In this document: in pieces, positions 16,866 through 25,244 of the stretch
Layout of the letters: each line of letters starts with the position of its first letter
Position numbering within the stretch: the stretch's first letter is position 1
Source of the DNA: a phage
Length of the DNA stretch: 64,000 bases
Sequence record: PX246731.1
Strand: one strand, 5' to 3'
Translations under genes and position numbers: made by a program
The notes under the pieces: model-generated
Seen by the model: the letters and a program-made list of their open reading frames with translations, nothing else
What the model was told of the DNA's origin: nothing
Database searches by the model: none

Positions 16866-17101
16866 AAAAACTAGCTCTATATGCAATGCTAACTAGTGGC
16901 TTACTCTCATTAATTTTCGCATACAAAGTCGCCTTTGTATTAGAAACAGATATGCAGTTCATTCGAGCCAGTATTCTGTTCTTCGTAAGTGAGATTGGTT
17001 TGTGGTGTCTTTATTATATTGCCCGTGACTATGAAGCAATTCGTGAGCAAGAAGAAGTGAAAAAACAAATGATACGTTTTGTAGAACAAAATCGTAAGTA
17101 A
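16862..17101 (+). CDS. small membrane protein (79 aa)
   Basis: Two hydrophobic helices. Confidence 0.5.
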   Translation: MKKLALYAMLTSGLLSLIFAYKVAFVLETDMQFIRASILFFVSEIGLWCLYYIARDYEAIREQEEVKKQMIRFVEQNRK

Positions 17102-17106
17102 ACCTA

Positions 17107-17132
17107 AGACCTCCTCCGGGAGGTCTTTTTTT
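17107..17132 (+). terminator. rho-independent terminator (AGACCTCC-TCCG-GGAGGTCT + T7)
   Basis: Perfect 8-bp stem then TTTTTTT. Confidence 0.85.
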
Positions 17133-17161
17133 GGTTTCAATTAACTCTTTTAGGAGGGTTT

Positions 17162-17374
17162 ATGCCTGCTAAATACCGTATCAAAGACACACCTGTAATG
17201 TGTGAGGGTGAGAAGGGTGACATTGTATATGCCTGTATCCAGGATGATTTCAATGCTGCTCTTATGTTAACCCAAATGACAAATACACTGCATGTATCTG
17301 TAACACTGGACCCTACCGGTGACTATCCATGCTTTCCTATTCCTGCCCATAATCTGGAGCAAATTCATGATTAA
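17162..17374 (+). CDS. hypothetical protein (70 aa)
   Basis: ORF with GGAGGG RBS upstream. Confidence 0.5.
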   Translation: MPAKYRIKDTPVMCEGEKGDIVYACIQDDFNAALMLTQMTNTLHVSVTLDPTGDYPCFPIPAHNLEQIHD

Positions 17375-17681
17375 TCCTGAAGTAATTCATAGTAAAACCG
17401 GTAAAGCTGTCCCACTTAGTGAAATTGCAGTAACTGGTGATATTGCTGCTTGTCCAGCTAACATCGCTTCTCTATGTATGTGCATTGCTGCACTGGCAGA
17501 AGAACGTAAGTTATGGCTGGAGCCAAGTAAAGAAATGGTACTGGCTGGTATGGCTGAACTGAATGCACTTCTAAAAGAAATGTATGACGAGAATGGTCAA
17601 TTAGTTGAACCAACCGATGACCAAATTTCTGACGCTGTAGTATTTGTCCTTCAAGCAATGGCAGGTAAACGCAATGGCTAA
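17367..17681 (+). CDS. hypothetical protein (104 aa)
   Basis: ATG 17367 with GGAG RBS, overlapping upstream stop. Confidence 0.5.
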   Translation: MINPEVIHSKTGKAVPLSEIAVTGDIAACPANIASLCMCIAALAEERKLWLEPSKEMVLAGMAELNALLKEMYDENGQLVEPTDDQISDAVVFVLQAMAGKRNG

Positions 17682-17865
17682 TGTAAATATCGCCTCAGAA
17701 AAGACGTATAGTATTCAGATTAACGGCTTAACCGAGTATCAGGTCTTATTCCTAATGAATGCTTTTCAAAATAGTCCTGTAGGTCACCATCCTAATGATG
17801 AACCACGGGAAGAAGCTGAACTTCGTAAAGCTATTTTTGATAAGTGTAAACAAATTCTAATGTAA
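17674..17865 (+). CDS. hypothetical protein (63 aa)
   Basis: ATG overlapping upstream stop. Confidence 0.45.
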   Translation: MANVNIASEKTYSIQINGLTEYQVLFLMNAFQNSPVGHHPNDEPREEAELRKAIFDKCKQILM

Positions 17866-17892
17866 GCAACATTTAATCTGGAGAGTAAATAA

Positions 17893-20460
17893 ATGTTAGT
17901 TGCAGATACCAATGAAGTAGCTACCTCAGCGACACTGGGTGGCAAAGAAACAATTGCCTTTGGCATCTCTGATGACCCGGCATTCTTCCATGTATTAAGT
18001 ACTTCCCTATATAACAATCCTACCTTAGCAGTAGTTCGTGAGACTATCTGTAACAGTTGGGATGCTCATATAGAAGCTGGTAAGACTGATAATCCTATTC
18101 GTATCACTATTGATACTGATAACTTTATTACCTTTCGTGACTACGGTAATGGTATTCCAGATGAACTCATTGGTTCCATTTATGGTGTCTATGGTGCATC
18201 TACTAAGAAGTCCAACAGTAGTGTTACCGGTGGCTTTGGTCTGGGATGTAAATCCCCATTCGCTTATACAGATAGCTTCCAGGTTACTTCATGGAACCAG
18301 GGAAAGATGTCGGTATACAACGTAGCTAAGGCTGCGATTGAGAATGATGGTAAGCCTGGTATTGTTCCTATTGTTACTGGTATTCCTACTGAGAAATCTG
18401 GTCTAGAAGTTAAATTCCAGTTAGGCAAACATGACGTAAATACCTTCATACATTACATCACATCAATCGTATTTAACGGTGAGATTAAAGCTGAGCTTAG
18501 TATTCCTAAACTAGTTAAAACAGAAGCAGGAAATAATATTCAACAAGGTGACTACACTTTACTAAATACGCTGGGAATGTCATTTGAACCTGGTTCATAT
18601 GATATGTCTGATAGCTGGTATCAGGGTTATATGGGTAACAGTAACATATTCGTTCGTTACGGCAACGTAATGTACCCAATAGTATCTAGCCCAGCTAGTG
18701 AAGAAGCTGTAGGTCTTATCCTCAACTTTATGAACATCATTGGTGCATCTAATTTAGTAGTTCAGGCTGCACCGGATACTCTAGCTATTGCCCCTAGTCG
18801 AGAAACACTGTCTAATCAGAAGTTAACCGACGATGGTATTACTACTCTATGTGTAGATTTAGTAAACCGTATGGAGAAAGAGATTAAGGCTAAGATTCCT
18901 GAAGCTATTAAGCAGGTTGAAGAATATGCCTCTAAATCCTCTACCTGCTTCTGGACCTATCCGTCTTTCCTGCTTGCTGTTACAGACAGAATCGTTCAAC
19001 GTTATATGTCCTCTAGTTTGTGGGCTAAGCAACGTAAGCATCACATCAAGCATTGGCGTAATCTATCCAATAAAGCATTATTAGCTCGTCCTGAATATGC
19101 AGGTCTTAAGAAACTGTATGGTAAGGCTATGCGTGCTCTTAAGGATACTCGCGAAGAAAGTACATACTCCCCATTCCATGAATTAGTATATCGTCATCTA
19201 CACTTACCTCAGCTTGCTGCTTTAAAAGCTGCTGGTATTAAGTGGTCTGGTTACATAGTGAACCAGGGTAACAGTGTTGACTTGGAGAAGGGTAAACTCG
19301 CTGACTACTTTAGGATATTCCATAACTCTCATCAAAGTATTGGCATATTCACTACCAAGAACGTTGTAGTTACCCGACGTTTATCTGATTGTGCAGACTC
19401 TTTCTCATACTTCCCCGAATACAACCGAGGTGACCTGGAGCGTACAGCTTTTGTTCACTTAGTTGGTCCTAAGAAGGGTGCAGCAGAAGAAGCTGTAGCT
19501 AAGTTCACTGCTATGGGTTATCGGGTGATTGACCTTACTCAATATAATGAGTGGGACAAACCAACCAACTACCGCAGAGAGCAGGCTAAGATAGCTGCTG
19601 AGAAACGGGCTAAGACAATAGCTGCCAATAAAACCAAAGCAGGGGGTAAAACTAATGCTCTGATTTCATTGAATGCAGTTCTTGGTACTACTCCTGTACA
19701 TAATAAAAACGGTGATTGGGAATTTAAGCCGTATATTCAGAAGGAGTTTGCTGACCCAAGTCGCCATGAAAAGTATGGTTTCGTTGAAGTAGAGCATCCT
19801 AAGTACTATGTACTGGCTAATCAGGTTGGTTCTGGTAGTCCATTAACTGCCAGAATTGGAACCATGTGGAAATGGTATGAGCTATCTGATGAGATGAAAG
19901 CAGATACTGTTGTCTGTCGCAATCGAATCGAAGCTAATAAGGCCAAACGACGAGGTGCTATCCACATTGATGATGTTCGCTTTAATGAGTTGATGTCAGT
20001 TATTACCAGTAAAGGCTTCAAGAAGTATGTTACTGAACACCGCATCAGTATTCTGGATTACATAGGACTGGATGACAGAGAGTATTGGGAAATCCTTGAC
20101 ATACTGGGTCTAACGTTCAAACCATTACAGAATCTGATTTTTAAACCAGAGTATGAATGGGCATATGACTTTCTACGGAGTCGACCACATGACAACAAAG
20201 AAAAACTTGTTGAAATGGGCTGTATTAAATCAGTAGATGACTTAGAGCCATATAGAATGATGGCTAATCCACGTAATCATAAGTACTTTAAAATTCTTAA
20301 TGATTACAAAGAATTATTCAGTTATAGCTGGAATAAAAATGACATCCTACAGACGCTGGACTTAGGTAGTTTGGTAAAACACCTTAAGAAGAATCCAGAG
20401 GATATTCCTGGGTTTAAGTCCCTCTACCGTAACCGTCTAAATAAACTGAAAGGTAACTAA
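17893..20460 (+). CDS. rIIA: rIIA-like protein (histidine-kinase-like ATPase fold)
   Basis: 855 aa; N-terminal HATPase-like motifs (NSWDAH, DYGNGIP, GGFGLG); followed by rIIB-sized partner. Confidence 0.7.
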   Translation: MLVADTNEVATSATLGGKETIAFGISDDPAFFHVLSTSLYNNPTLAVVRETICNSWDAHIEAGKTDNPIRITIDTDNFITFRDYGNGIPDELIGSIYGVYGASTKKSNSSVTGGFGLGCKSPFAYTDSFQVTSWNQGKMSVYNVAKAAIENDGKPGIVPIVTGIPTEKSGLEVKFQLGKHDVNTFIHYITSIVFNGEIKAELSIPKLVKTEAGNNIQQGDYTLLNTLGMSFEPGSYDMSDSWYQGYMGNSNIFVRYGNVMYPIVSSPASEEAVGLILNFMNIIGASNLVVQAAPDTLAIAPSRETLSNQKLTDDGITTLCVDLVNRMEKEIKAKIPEAIKQVEEYASKSSTCFWTYPSFLLAVTDRIVQRYMSSSLWAKQRKHHIKHWRNLSNKALLARPEYAGLKKLYGKAMRALKDTREESTYSPFHELVYRHLHLPQLAALKAAGIKWSGYIVNQGNSVDLEKGKLADYFRIFHNSHQSIGIFTTKNVVVTRRLSDCADSFSYFPEYNRGDLERTAFVHLVGPKKGAAEEAVAKFTAMGYRVIDLTQYNEWDKPTNYRREQAKIAAEKRAKTIAANKTKAGGKTNALISLNAVLGTTPVHNKNGDWEFKPYIQKEFADPSRHEKYGFVEVEHPKYYVLANQVGSGSPLTARIGTMWKWYELSDEMKADTVVCRNRIEANKAKRRGAIHIDDVRFNELMSVITSKGFKKYVTEHRISILDYIGLDDREYWEILDILGLTFKPLQNLIFKPEYEWAYDFLRSRPHDNKEKLVEMGCIKSVDDLEPYRMMANPRNHKYFKILNDYKELFSYSWNKNDILQTLDLGSLVKHLKKNPEDIPGFKSLYRNRLNKLKGN

Positions 20461-20464
20461 TCTG

Positions 20465-22513
20465 ATGAAAATCGAACTGATTTCTATCATCGCACTGGCA
20501 GTTGACAGTCGTAATCTTACATTGTGGAAGCCTGATGGCTCCACGATTGTATATCCTCAGAGCGACCCACGGGTTGCTCGCATTGTATCTGAAGCACAAA
20601 CCAAAGGTTTGGGAACTACTAAAGACCAGATAGAAGTAAACATTGCACCAGAAGAAAACCTGCGTACTGAATATCTGGAAGCAGAGAAGAACACTAATGG
20701 ATTCGTCCGTTTCTTCAAGGTAGCTAAAGCTAAACTTAAAGAGTTCTTCCAGGATGGTACAGGTGTCCAACCTGCACACATAGTCTCAGATATTAAGTTG
20801 GGTAATCCTACTAAGACATTAGTATCTAAAGCCATGGATACCTTCCTGGCTGTACAGGCTAATGAACCAGAAGTAACAGTAGTAGATGGTTGTTATGACA
20901 GACGTGACAACCTGATGTGGGTTACTGGCTGGGATAAGGACCATAACCATCTTGCACTGGTTCGCTTTATTAACGATGTATTGTATTGGGGTTATGTCCA
21001 TACCGACCGTATTCTTGCACAAGAGTGGCCTATTGCAATTCGTGCAGTATCCGATGATGAAATGAGTGAGTTTGCTAAACAAGCTAAGCACATCAAAGGA
21101 GTACACATTGTATTTACCAGTCGTGATGTAACTCCATTTCCTTACGTAGAAGTAGCTAAAACTACGAACCAGGATAAACTGGCTGCTGCTTCTGAGAAGT
21201 TAGCTGCATTGGGGGCTATTAGTACCGATGATGCTAACTTCCATACTGATGTGAAAGAAGATGAGGTGGTTGTTGCTGTTACCAACAATGGGGTTATCCC
21301 TGGGGTTGAAAACCTGCATCGTCACTTACGTCAGTCTGCCAAGCTTAAAGACTACAAGGGCTTTACTAAGTTCCTTGAACGCCTGGCTCCGGTTATTAAA
21401 GACCGTCTGCACTCAGTAGAAGACCTGATGAAGTTCATGGAGACTGCTGAATTACCTATTGCTGATGATGGTTCAATCCTGTTCCTGAAACGCCTGCAGT
21501 ATAAAGGCAACGAAGATGGTAAGCGTGTATTCGTTGACTGTCACTCAGGTAACATCAAACAGTGGGTAGGTTGTAAAGTGCAGGTACGTGAAGACCTGGT
21601 AGACCCTGACCGTCGTCAGGACTGCTCAAATGGTCTGCATGTAGCATCCATGAGTTATATCCGTAGCTTCGGTGGTAATGTGACCATCCTTGGTAAAGTA
21701 GCACCAGAAGACGTATTTGCTGTTCCTCAGTACAACACTAATAAGATGCGTGTATCTGCGTATCATATTATTGCTGAACTACCGGAAGAGGAGCGTAATA
21801 ACGTTAACAATGGTATCTACCTGTCTAAGACAGAAGTAGGTAAAAAGCTGCTTAATGATGCCATCGTTGGTAACCATAGTTCACCTACCACACTTATTAT
21901 GGTTGGTGGTCATTATGGTACTAACCTCAAATACACTAATCTCACATCTGGTTCTGTAGAACAATTCCGTACAATTGCTAGTAAAGAAGCACTGAACATG
22001 GAAGAGTCACTGAATGAAGCTGTAGCTGCTGAACCAGTGAAGGCTACTGACCTTAAACCTGTTATTAAGAAGGCTCCTACTGTGAAAGAACAAATCCAGG
22101 AACTGGTAAAAGAGTTCCTCAATGCAACAACACCAGAAGATAAGTTAGCTGCTGCTGATTTGCTTGTGGAAATGCGAGGCAAGGCTCGTAAGCCATGGGC
22201 TGCTTTAGGTGTTAGTTCCGATGTGGTGGATGCAATTGCTACTATCCGTAGTACTCGCATTCCTGTACCTAAAGCTGTTAAGCAGGATAAGACAGTTAAA
22301 CCTACGCGTTATGCTACTGCCACTAAAGTAGCTACGTCTGGTAAACACGCTGATAATCTGCGAAGCATCCTTAATGATACGACGTACTCTGACTATCAGA
22401 AAGGCCATGCTCTGCAAGACTATAAGCGTCATGCTAAGAAGTCATTCACTGCAATGGGTCTGACTGAGGAAGAAGCTAAGTTAGCTACCAATCTGGTCAA
22501 AGCTGCTAAGTAA
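20465..22513 (+). CDS. rIIB: rIIB-like protein
   Basis: 682-aa ORF immediately downstream of rIIA-like gene; assignment by synteny. Confidence 0.5.
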   Translation: MKIELISIIALAVDSRNLTLWKPDGSTIVYPQSDPRVARIVSEAQTKGLGTTKDQIEVNIAPEENLRTEYLEAEKNTNGFVRFFKVAKAKLKEFFQDGTGVQPAHIVSDIKLGNPTKTLVSKAMDTFLAVQANEPEVTVVDGCYDRRDNLMWVTGWDKDHNHLALVRFINDVLYWGYVHTDRILAQEWPIAIRAVSDDEMSEFAKQAKHIKGVHIVFTSRDVTPFPYVEVAKTTNQDKLAAASEKLAALGAISTDDANFHTDVKEDEVVVAVTNNGVIPGVENLHRHLRQSAKLKDYKGFTKFLERLAPVIKDRLHSVEDLMKFMETAELPIADDGSILFLKRLQYKGNEDGKRVFVDCHSGNIKQWVGCKVQVREDLVDPDRRQDCSNGLHVASMSYIRSFGGNVTILGKVAPEDVFAVPQYNTNKMRVSAYHIIAELPEEERNNVNNGIYLSKTEVGKKLLNDAIVGNHSSPTTLIMVGGHYGTNLKYTNLTSGSVEQFRTIASKEALNMEESLNEAVAAEPVKATDLKPVIKKAPTVKEQIQELVKEFLNATTPEDKLAAADLLVEMRGKARKPWAALGVSSDVVDAIATIRSTRIPVPKAVKQDKTVKPTRYATATKVATSGKHADNLRSILNDTTYSDYQKGHALQDYKRHAKKSFTAMGLTEEEAKLATNLVKAAK

Positions 22514-22525
22514 TAGCCTGTTCAA

Positions 22526-22560
22526 ATAGCCTCACTTATAATAAAGTGAGGCTATCTTTG
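22526..22560 (+). terminator. hairpin terminator (12-bp stem ATAGCCTCACTT / AAGTGAGGCTAT)
   Basis: Long perfect inverted repeat after rIIB stop; weak T-tract. Confidence 0.6.
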
Positions 22561-22575
22561 AAGAGGAAATAAGCT

Positions 22576-22971
22576 ATGTCTAAAGTATTCAGAAGTAATC
22601 GCAAAGCAACTGATGAAGACATCATTCGTATGAATGCTGTTGGTCTGTCCCTCGCAACTATCGCTAAGACGTTGGGGGTTCACCCCACTACGGTTACTTT
22701 GCGATTGCGTTCTCTAAACATTGAACCAGCCGACACACGTCGGACGTTCATGGAAAACGTATTACGACCTTTACCAACCCATGTGGCTGATTGGCTGTCA
22801 GAACAAGTTGGTCCTGCTTATGAGATTCGCTCATATGTAAGAGACTTGATTCTGGAAGCATATAATAATCGCCACCTTAACCAAGAGAGTGAGCATGACA
22901 AGTTCATCCGTTTGTACGCTGGCAAATACGGAAGCCTGGTTCCGGAAAGCAGTACCAAATCCGACAAGTAA
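22576..22971 (+). CDS. helix-turn-helix DNA-binding protein
   Basis: LSLATIAKTLGVHPTTVTLRL is HTH-like. Confidence 0.5.
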   Translation: MSKVFRSNRKATDEDIIRMNAVGLSLATIAKTLGVHPTTVTLRLRSLNIEPADTRRTFMENVLRPLPTHVADWLSEQVGPAYEIRSYVRDLILEAYNNRHLNQESEHDKFIRLYAGKYGSLVPESSTKSDK

Positions 22972-22987
22972 GAACATTAGTACCCAG

Positions 22988-23350
22988 ATGGGTTGCCATC
23001 TGGAAGAAGTAGAAGAAATGCTTCAAACCATTTATCCAAATGGTAGCTACGATGCAGAATTACTGCAACGTGCACAAGATGCTCTTACAAATCTGGCAAA
23101 CCATATGAAACGTAATGATGATGCTTATCGCATTGACGCTAGTACCAACCTGCTGGATTCACTGGCAGACCAGATTGTTACAGCAACTGGCGTCGGTACT
23201 TTCCTTGGGATGAATGTCCCTGGAGCATTGGCTGAGGTCAATCGCTCAAACTATTCTAAGTTTGAGGATGGGGAACCAGTCTTCAACGAGAATAAAAAAG
23301 TTATGAAAGGGAAAGACTACACTCCCCCGGATTTAACCCCTTACATCTAA
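22988..23350 (+). CDS. MazG-like nucleotide pyrophosphohydrolase (tentative)
   Basis: All-alpha pattern with EEVEE ... ELLQRAQDAL; start moved to ATG 22988 to avoid overlap. Confidence 0.35.
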   Translation: MGCHLEEVEEMLQTIYPNGSYDAELLQRAQDALTNLANHMKRNDDAYRIDASTNLLDSLADQIVTATGVGTFLGMNVPGALAEVNRSNYSKFEDGEPVFNENKKVMKGKDYTPPDLTPYI

Positions 23351-23371
23351 CCCTCTACGGAGGGTTTTTTA
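23350..23371 (+). terminator. rho-independent terminator (ACCCTC-TACG-GAGGGT + T6)
   Basis: Stem-loop followed by TTTTTT. Confidence 0.8.
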
Positions 23372-23383
23372 CTGGAGATTTTA

Positions 23384-24694
23384 ATGTTTTCCAAATCTAC
23401 CAAAGCCCCACTGAACAAGGGGCAAGAAGCGGTTGCGAAGGAGTTCTTCGACTTCCTGCTCAACCCTAATGCTACCGAATTCAATATTAGTGGCCCAGGG
23501 GGAACTGGCAAGACATTCCTGATGTCGCATCTCATTGATGACACTATGCCTGCATATATGGAAACTTGCTCCCTTATGGGAACCAAGCCCCTGTATAACG
23601 AAGTTGTTATGACTGCGACCACGAACAAGGCTGCTGAAGTTCTGGCTCAGGCTACTGGACGTTCAACATCTACCTATCACTCCTTTCAGGGACTGATTGT
23701 TAAGAATGACTTTAAGACTGGTGAGGCTAATGTCGTACCTTCTAAATCATTCAATATTAAGAAGAACAAAATCATCTTCGTAGATGAAGCATCCATGATT
23801 GACCGTCAGTTACTTAAGTATGCTCGTGAAGGTACTCACCAGTGCAAACTGGTATTTGTAGGTGATGCTTCTCAGCTTCTGCCTGTTAAAGAGAATAAGT
23901 CTCCAGTGTATGCAGGTAATATCCCAACACACTATCTGACTGAACAGATGCGTACCGATGCACCGGAACTCAAAGCATTGCACCAGCAATTGCGTGATAC
24001 GGTGGAGGGTAAGACGGGCTTCCTGCCTATTAAATGTATTCCAGGCATTATTGACTGGGTACAAGGAGAGGAGATGGAGAAACTGGTTCTTAGTCACTTC
24101 ACTCAACCTACCAACAGCCGTATTGTTGCTTACACTAATGACCAGGTTATTAATTACAATAACTACATTCGTGAAGCCAATGGCTACGTGGGTGAATACT
24201 CCATCGGTGAGCAGTTAGTATCTAACTCTGCTGTTCGCTTAGGGGTGGAAGACCGTCTGTCTATTGAGCAGGACGTAAAACTCATTGACCAGGATAGTAG
24301 TACTCGAATGATTCAGGTTACTGGTGACCTGGAACTAGAAGTCCGTGATAGTACACTTGACCTTGGTTATGGTGGTATTGTAAGTGAAGTTCCAGTACCC
24401 ACTGACCCAGAATACTTCAACCGTTTGGTTAAGTGGCTAGGAAAGGAGAAGAACTGGGAACCTTACTTCCGTCTTAAAGAAACCATTCCAGACCTACGTG
24501 CTACTCATGCATGTACTGTCCATAAATCACAAGGCTCTACTTACGACACAATCTTCATTGATGCAGATGACCTCTCAAGCTGTCGCCAACCCGATATGGT
24601 TGCCCGTCTGCTTTACGTCGCTGTGTCCCGTGCACGTAAGCGAGTAGTGTTCTATGGCAATCTTGCCAGTAAGTATGGTGGTCTAACTTTCTAA
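23384..24694 (+). CDS. Dda/RecD-like SF1 DNA helicase
   Basis: Walker A GPGGTGKTF, Walker B FVDEASMI, motif ACTVHKSQGSTYD. Confidence 0.8.
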   Translation: MFSKSTKAPLNKGQEAVAKEFFDFLLNPNATEFNISGPGGTGKTFLMSHLIDDTMPAYMETCSLMGTKPLYNEVVMTATTNKAAEVLAQATGRSTSTYHSFQGLIVKNDFKTGEANVVPSKSFNIKKNKIIFVDEASMIDRQLLKYAREGTHQCKLVFVGDASQLLPVKENKSPVYAGNIPTHYLTEQMRTDAPELKALHQQLRDTVEGKTGFLPIKCIPGIIDWVQGEEMEKLVLSHFTQPTNSRIVAYTNDQVINYNNYIREANGYVGEYSIGEQLVSNSAVRLGVEDRLSIEQDVKLIDQDSSTRMIQVTGDLELEVRDSTLDLGYGGIVSEVPVPTDPEYFNRLVKWLGKEKNWEPYFRLKETIPDLRATHACTVHKSQGSTYDTIFIDADDLSSCRQPDMVARLLYVAVSRARKRVVFYGNLASKYGGLTF

Positions 24695-24704
24695 GGGAGG
24701 ATAT

Positions 24705-25235
24705 ATGCCTCAGATTGGTTCAGCGACTATTGGTCAGGTTGCCAATAGCAGTGAGATAGTCAAACACCTGTTCTTAGCAGAACTGGTTCGTCTTGATAGT
24801 GTGTTAAACGGTATCATTGATAAGAACGACCGTATTAATGGTATTGATGTATCGGCTGGGTTCCTTTATCAAGGGGAGTTCTATCAGCGTTCTAATGCTG
24901 CCAGACCTCCAACCTACGGTGAACGATTAACGCTTAATCCAGAACTCTGGCCTGCAATGGACAAGTATCTGAAAGCCTCCAGCCGTCTGATTATGGAAGT
25001 ACACCTTGTGAACCAGACTGTATATCGCCTGGTTCGTGGTTGTATGTCCTATCAGGATGTACGTGATGCTTTGCCTGAATGTTTGGTAGCACAGGACCAG
25101 ACTGGTAAGTACAAGGAACTGCCACGTACTCGTGAAGCAGCCTGGACACTTGCCGGTGATCCTATGGCAATAAAGCAGTATGAGAAGATTCTGCCTTCTA
25201 TTGAGTACTATGCAGCTTCCCATCTGATTTTCTAA
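24705..25235 (+). CDS. hypothetical protein (176 aa)
   Basis: ORF with GGGAGG RBS. Confidence 0.55.
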   Translation: MPQIGSATIGQVANSSEIVKHLFLAELVRLDSVLNGIIDKNDRINGIDVSAGFLYQGEFYQRSNAARPPTYGERLTLNPELWPAMDKYLKASSRLIMEVHLVNQTVYRLVRGCMSYQDVRDALPECLVAQDQTGKYKELPRTREAAWTLAGDPMAIKQYEKILPSIEYYAASHLIF

Positions 25236-25244
25236 GGTAAAGCT

